A stretch of 64,000 nt of DNA from Candidatus Poseidoniaceae archaeon. Lineage in GTDB: Archaea > Thermoplasmatota > Poseidoniia > Poseidoniales > Poseidoniaceae. This document shows, one piece after another, positions 62,116 through 64,000 of the stretch (its first letter is position 1; each line of letters starts with the position of its first letter). The notes beneath the pieces are model-generated. The model made no database searches and was not told where the DNA came from. It worked only from the letters and a program-made list of their open reading frames with translations. The position numbers and the translations under genes are program-made. Location: positions 4,967-68,966 of the forward strand of contig JASLKC010000026.1 in assembly GCA_030747785.1 (NCBI GenBank), in the 5' to 3' direction.

Positions 62116-62127
62116 TTATTCCTCTTC
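62104..62127. terminator. 8-bp perfect inverted repeat (GAAGAGGA / TCCTCTTC, 8-nt loop) spanning the abutting stops of two convergent genes
   Basis: The arms are at 62104..62111 and 62120..62127. The loop GTGATTAT contains the stop codons of both genes (TGA on +, TAA on -). A T-rich run follows on the + strand. Confidence 0.25.
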
Positions 62128-62541
62128 TTCTGTTAATGGGCCAGCAGAAATCATCCAAACGTACACACCATTCAATAATACAAGCAAACCCACTAATGAA
62201 ACAATGAGCCCAGCAGGTGCTGGGAAGAATTCAATTCTTCCAACGCCAAACGCAAGGCCCAAAAGAACGAAGCCAGTGATTATCACCATAATCGATGATT
62301 TCTGTGGGTCGTGCCATTTTTCAATAACAGGCACCAATCCAGTTTGGTTGAAAGTAATCCTAAACCAAGCCATGTAAAGCAATACTAGGCCTGCCAAGCC
62401 AATAGTTCCTGAAGTGAATGTGGGGTCATTCCATGGGCCTGCAGGCGAAATATCGGTAAATGTCACACCGACCATCAAAATGCCAAAAACGGCATGGATG
62501 CGCCACTCCACCTTGTCGCCCATGAACCCCTCCAGACCCAT
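62116..62541 (-). CDS. Hypothetical small polytopic membrane protein
   Basis: Four hydrophobic helices and an acidic C-terminus, TEEEE. The start is set at ATG 62541. The tracked TTG at 62655 would overlap the divergent neighbour by 80 nt. Confidence 0.5.
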   Translation of the reverse strand: MGLEGFMGDKVEWRIHAVFGILMVGVTFTDISPAGPWNDPTFTSGTIGLAGLVLLYMAWFRITFNQTGLVPVIEKWHDPQKSSIMVIITGFVLLGLAFGVGRIEFFPAPAGLIVSLVGLLVLLNGVYVWMISAGPLTEEEE

Positions 62542-62575
62542 CACGCTTGAAAGACCAACGCCCTCTCCCAGTGTG

Positions 62576-63433
62576 ATGGCGGCAGTCAAGGATGCGGTTT
62601 TGGTAGCCGGCGGAATCGGGTCACGAATGCTTCCTGCAAGCGCTAGTGTAGCCAAAGAAGCCCTACCACTGGTCGATGTTCCCGCCTTGACTCATCTAGC
62701 AAGAGAAGCAATTGCGGCCGGAGTTGAAAGAATCCACATTATTACTTCGCCAAAGAAGGACCTGAGCTCTCTTCTCCAAGATAACTCGTGGCTAGTTGAC
62801 AAAGCACAAGACGTTGACCCCCACTTATTATCGCCCTTCGATGAGATCGAAGTATTGGTACATGTTCAACAAATTCCAAGAGGATTCGGCGATGCACTTT
62901 ACACGAGCCTACATGCAATAAACGGCCCTTTTCTAGTACTACTAGGGGACAACCTTCTGATGGATTCTCATAGCGGGTCCTCAAACTTCACTCCCTCTTC
63001 AGCATCTTCAATTCTTGTCGAGGCATTCGAAAAGACCGGATTGCCATGCGTTGGCCTTGCGTCTGTATCGGACCCGGAGAACTACGGTGTTGTTTCAATG
63101 GACGGAAATAAGATTGTTGACATCATAGAAAAACCAAGCCGGGAAAGCGCCCCTACGAATTTGGTCTTATGCGGAAGGTATCTCTTTACTTCCGATACTG
63201 CTACCTTGTTAGAAAAATATGATTTCGAAAGTTATGGCGAATTACAATCCATAGCTGTACAGAAACATTGGATGCAAAACGAAGGCTTGGTAGGCGTAGA
63301 ACTCAGAGGCTTCCAGTGGTATGATTCTGGGGCGCCATTACCTTGGTTGAAGGGTCAGATCGATCACGCGCTTCGCAGAGATGACATGTCCGATGATTTA
63401 CGAACTTGGTTGACTGAAAGAATTCAGCGCTGA
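62576..63433 (+). CDS. Sugar-1-phosphate nucleotidyltransferase (GalU/UTP-glucose-1-phosphate uridylyltransferase-like)
   Basis: The N-terminus AVLVAGGIGSRMLP....AKEALPLVD.P...H...EA..AG is typical of GalU-like NTP-transferases. VLLGDN is present. The start is set at ATG 62576. Confidence 0.8.
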   Translation: MAAVKDAVLVAGGIGSRMLPASASVAKEALPLVDVPALTHLAREAIAAGVERIHIITSPKKDLSSLLQDNSWLVDKAQDVDPHLLSPFDEIEVLVHVQQIPRGFGDALYTSLHAINGPFLVLLGDNLLMDSHSGSSNFTPSSASSILVEAFEKTGLPCVGLASVSDPENYGVVSMDGNKIVDIIEKPSRESAPTNLVLCGRYLFTSDTATLLEKYDFESYGELQSIAVQKHWMQNEGLVGVELRGFQWYDSGAPLPWLKGQIDHALRRDDMSDDLRTWLTERIQR

Positions 63434-63948
63434 CCAGGTTTCCAAAACGATAGAGGAAGCGGAGATTCTCCATTCGCCGAACGAATAGCGAGATGATCTG
63501 CTCTCTCGTTCCATCGGTGTCCACTATGTGCTTTTACATGCTCCCACGATAATTCACGTAATTCAAAAACTTCATTCCAAAGGCTTTGTACATGCCCAAC
63601 CAACTCCCGATTCGCTTTGGCCTTCCAGGCTCCAATGGCCTGATTACCAGCATATTGTGAATCGGTTTTGATTATTACAGGCTCATCTCCACCCTCTTTC
63701 AATAACCACCTCAACGCTTCAGCGAATGCAGTAAGTTCTGCAGTATTATTGGAACCAACTTCCGCTCCGATATAATCGGAATGATTTACATCGGTTATTA
63801 CTGGACCAGAAAACTCGTGATGAACTTCTCCATTACCTCGGCCTAAATCATTTGAGCCGGTAATGATAACTACGCCCCAACCGGCAGGAGTTTCAGCATC
63901 TACATTCTGATTCCCAATACAGGAACCATCAACGTAAACATGGAACAA
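63424..63948 (-). CDS. rnhA: Ribonuclease HI (type 1 RNase H)
   Basis: The DEDD contexts are YVDGSC, TNNTAELTA, IKTDSQY and the C-terminal HSGHRWNERADHLA. Confidence 0.9.
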   Translation of the reverse strand: MFHVYVDGSCIGNQNVDAETPAGWGVVIITGSNDLGRGNGEVHHEFSGPVITDVNHSDYIGAEVGSNNTAELTAFAEALRWLLKEGGDEPVIIKTDSQYAGNQAIGAWKAKANRELVGHVQSLWNEVFELRELSWEHVKAHSGHRWNERADHLAIRSANGESPLPLSFWKPGQR

Positions 63949-63954
63949 ATAGAA

Positions 63955-64000
63955 TCACTCGCCAATCTCTTCTTTGTAATCTGCAGCAGACATCAATCCA
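63955..64000 (-). CDS. C-terminal end of an unidentified CDS entering from the right edge
   Basis: The reverse strand reads ...GLMSAADYKEEIGE-stop, with the stop at 63955..63957, 6 nt before the rnhA start. It is too short to identify. Confidence 0.2.
   Translation of the reverse strand, partial: GLMSAADYKEEIGE

Overview
This is a very gene-dense chromosomal segment from an archaeon. I called about 60 protein genes and 2 tRNAs, and most intergenic gaps are under 100 nt. Archaeal identity rests on unambiguous informational and lipid genes: TFB, topoisomerase VI A and B, an RFC-type clamp loader, RNA polymerase subunit P, ribosomal protein LX, prefoldin alpha, FtsY, diphthine synthase, a Trm5-family methylase, an aCPSF2-type beta-CASP RNase, GGGP synthase and geranylgeranyl reductase. 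Mixed in are bacterial- or eukaryote-flavoured metabolic genes: type II glutamine synthetase, a PlsC-type acyltransferase, a SemiSWEET, RNase HI, a TauE exporter and a MamK-type actin. There are also several huge anchored surface proteins and exported peptidases. By inference only, this mosaic fits a planktonic marine Thermoplasmatota-like archaeon such as the Marine Group II (Poseidoniales) type. I found no CRISPR array, transposase, integrase or rRNA.

The candidates most worth follow-up are:
- A same-strand cluster of subtilase, MamK-like actin, giant adhesin and long coiled-coil protein (8927..17326).
- A Tat-less molybdopterin oxidoreductase operon with a fused FeS/membrane-anchor subunit, linked to TauE and MoeA (1..5292).
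- Lipid-related operons: ferredoxin, mini-flavoprotein and GGGPS; GGR, HAD, NERD and SemiSWEET; HIT and a PlsC-like acyltransferase.
- An aldolase-II domain protein with a long disordered acidic and proline-repeat N-terminus.
- A top6B-top6A operon extended by a membrane protein and a wHTH protein.
- Several sizeable proteins I cannot place: 30136..31818, 38677..40221 and 58733..62115.

All functional calls come from motif recognition by eye and from memory. None has been checked against a database.
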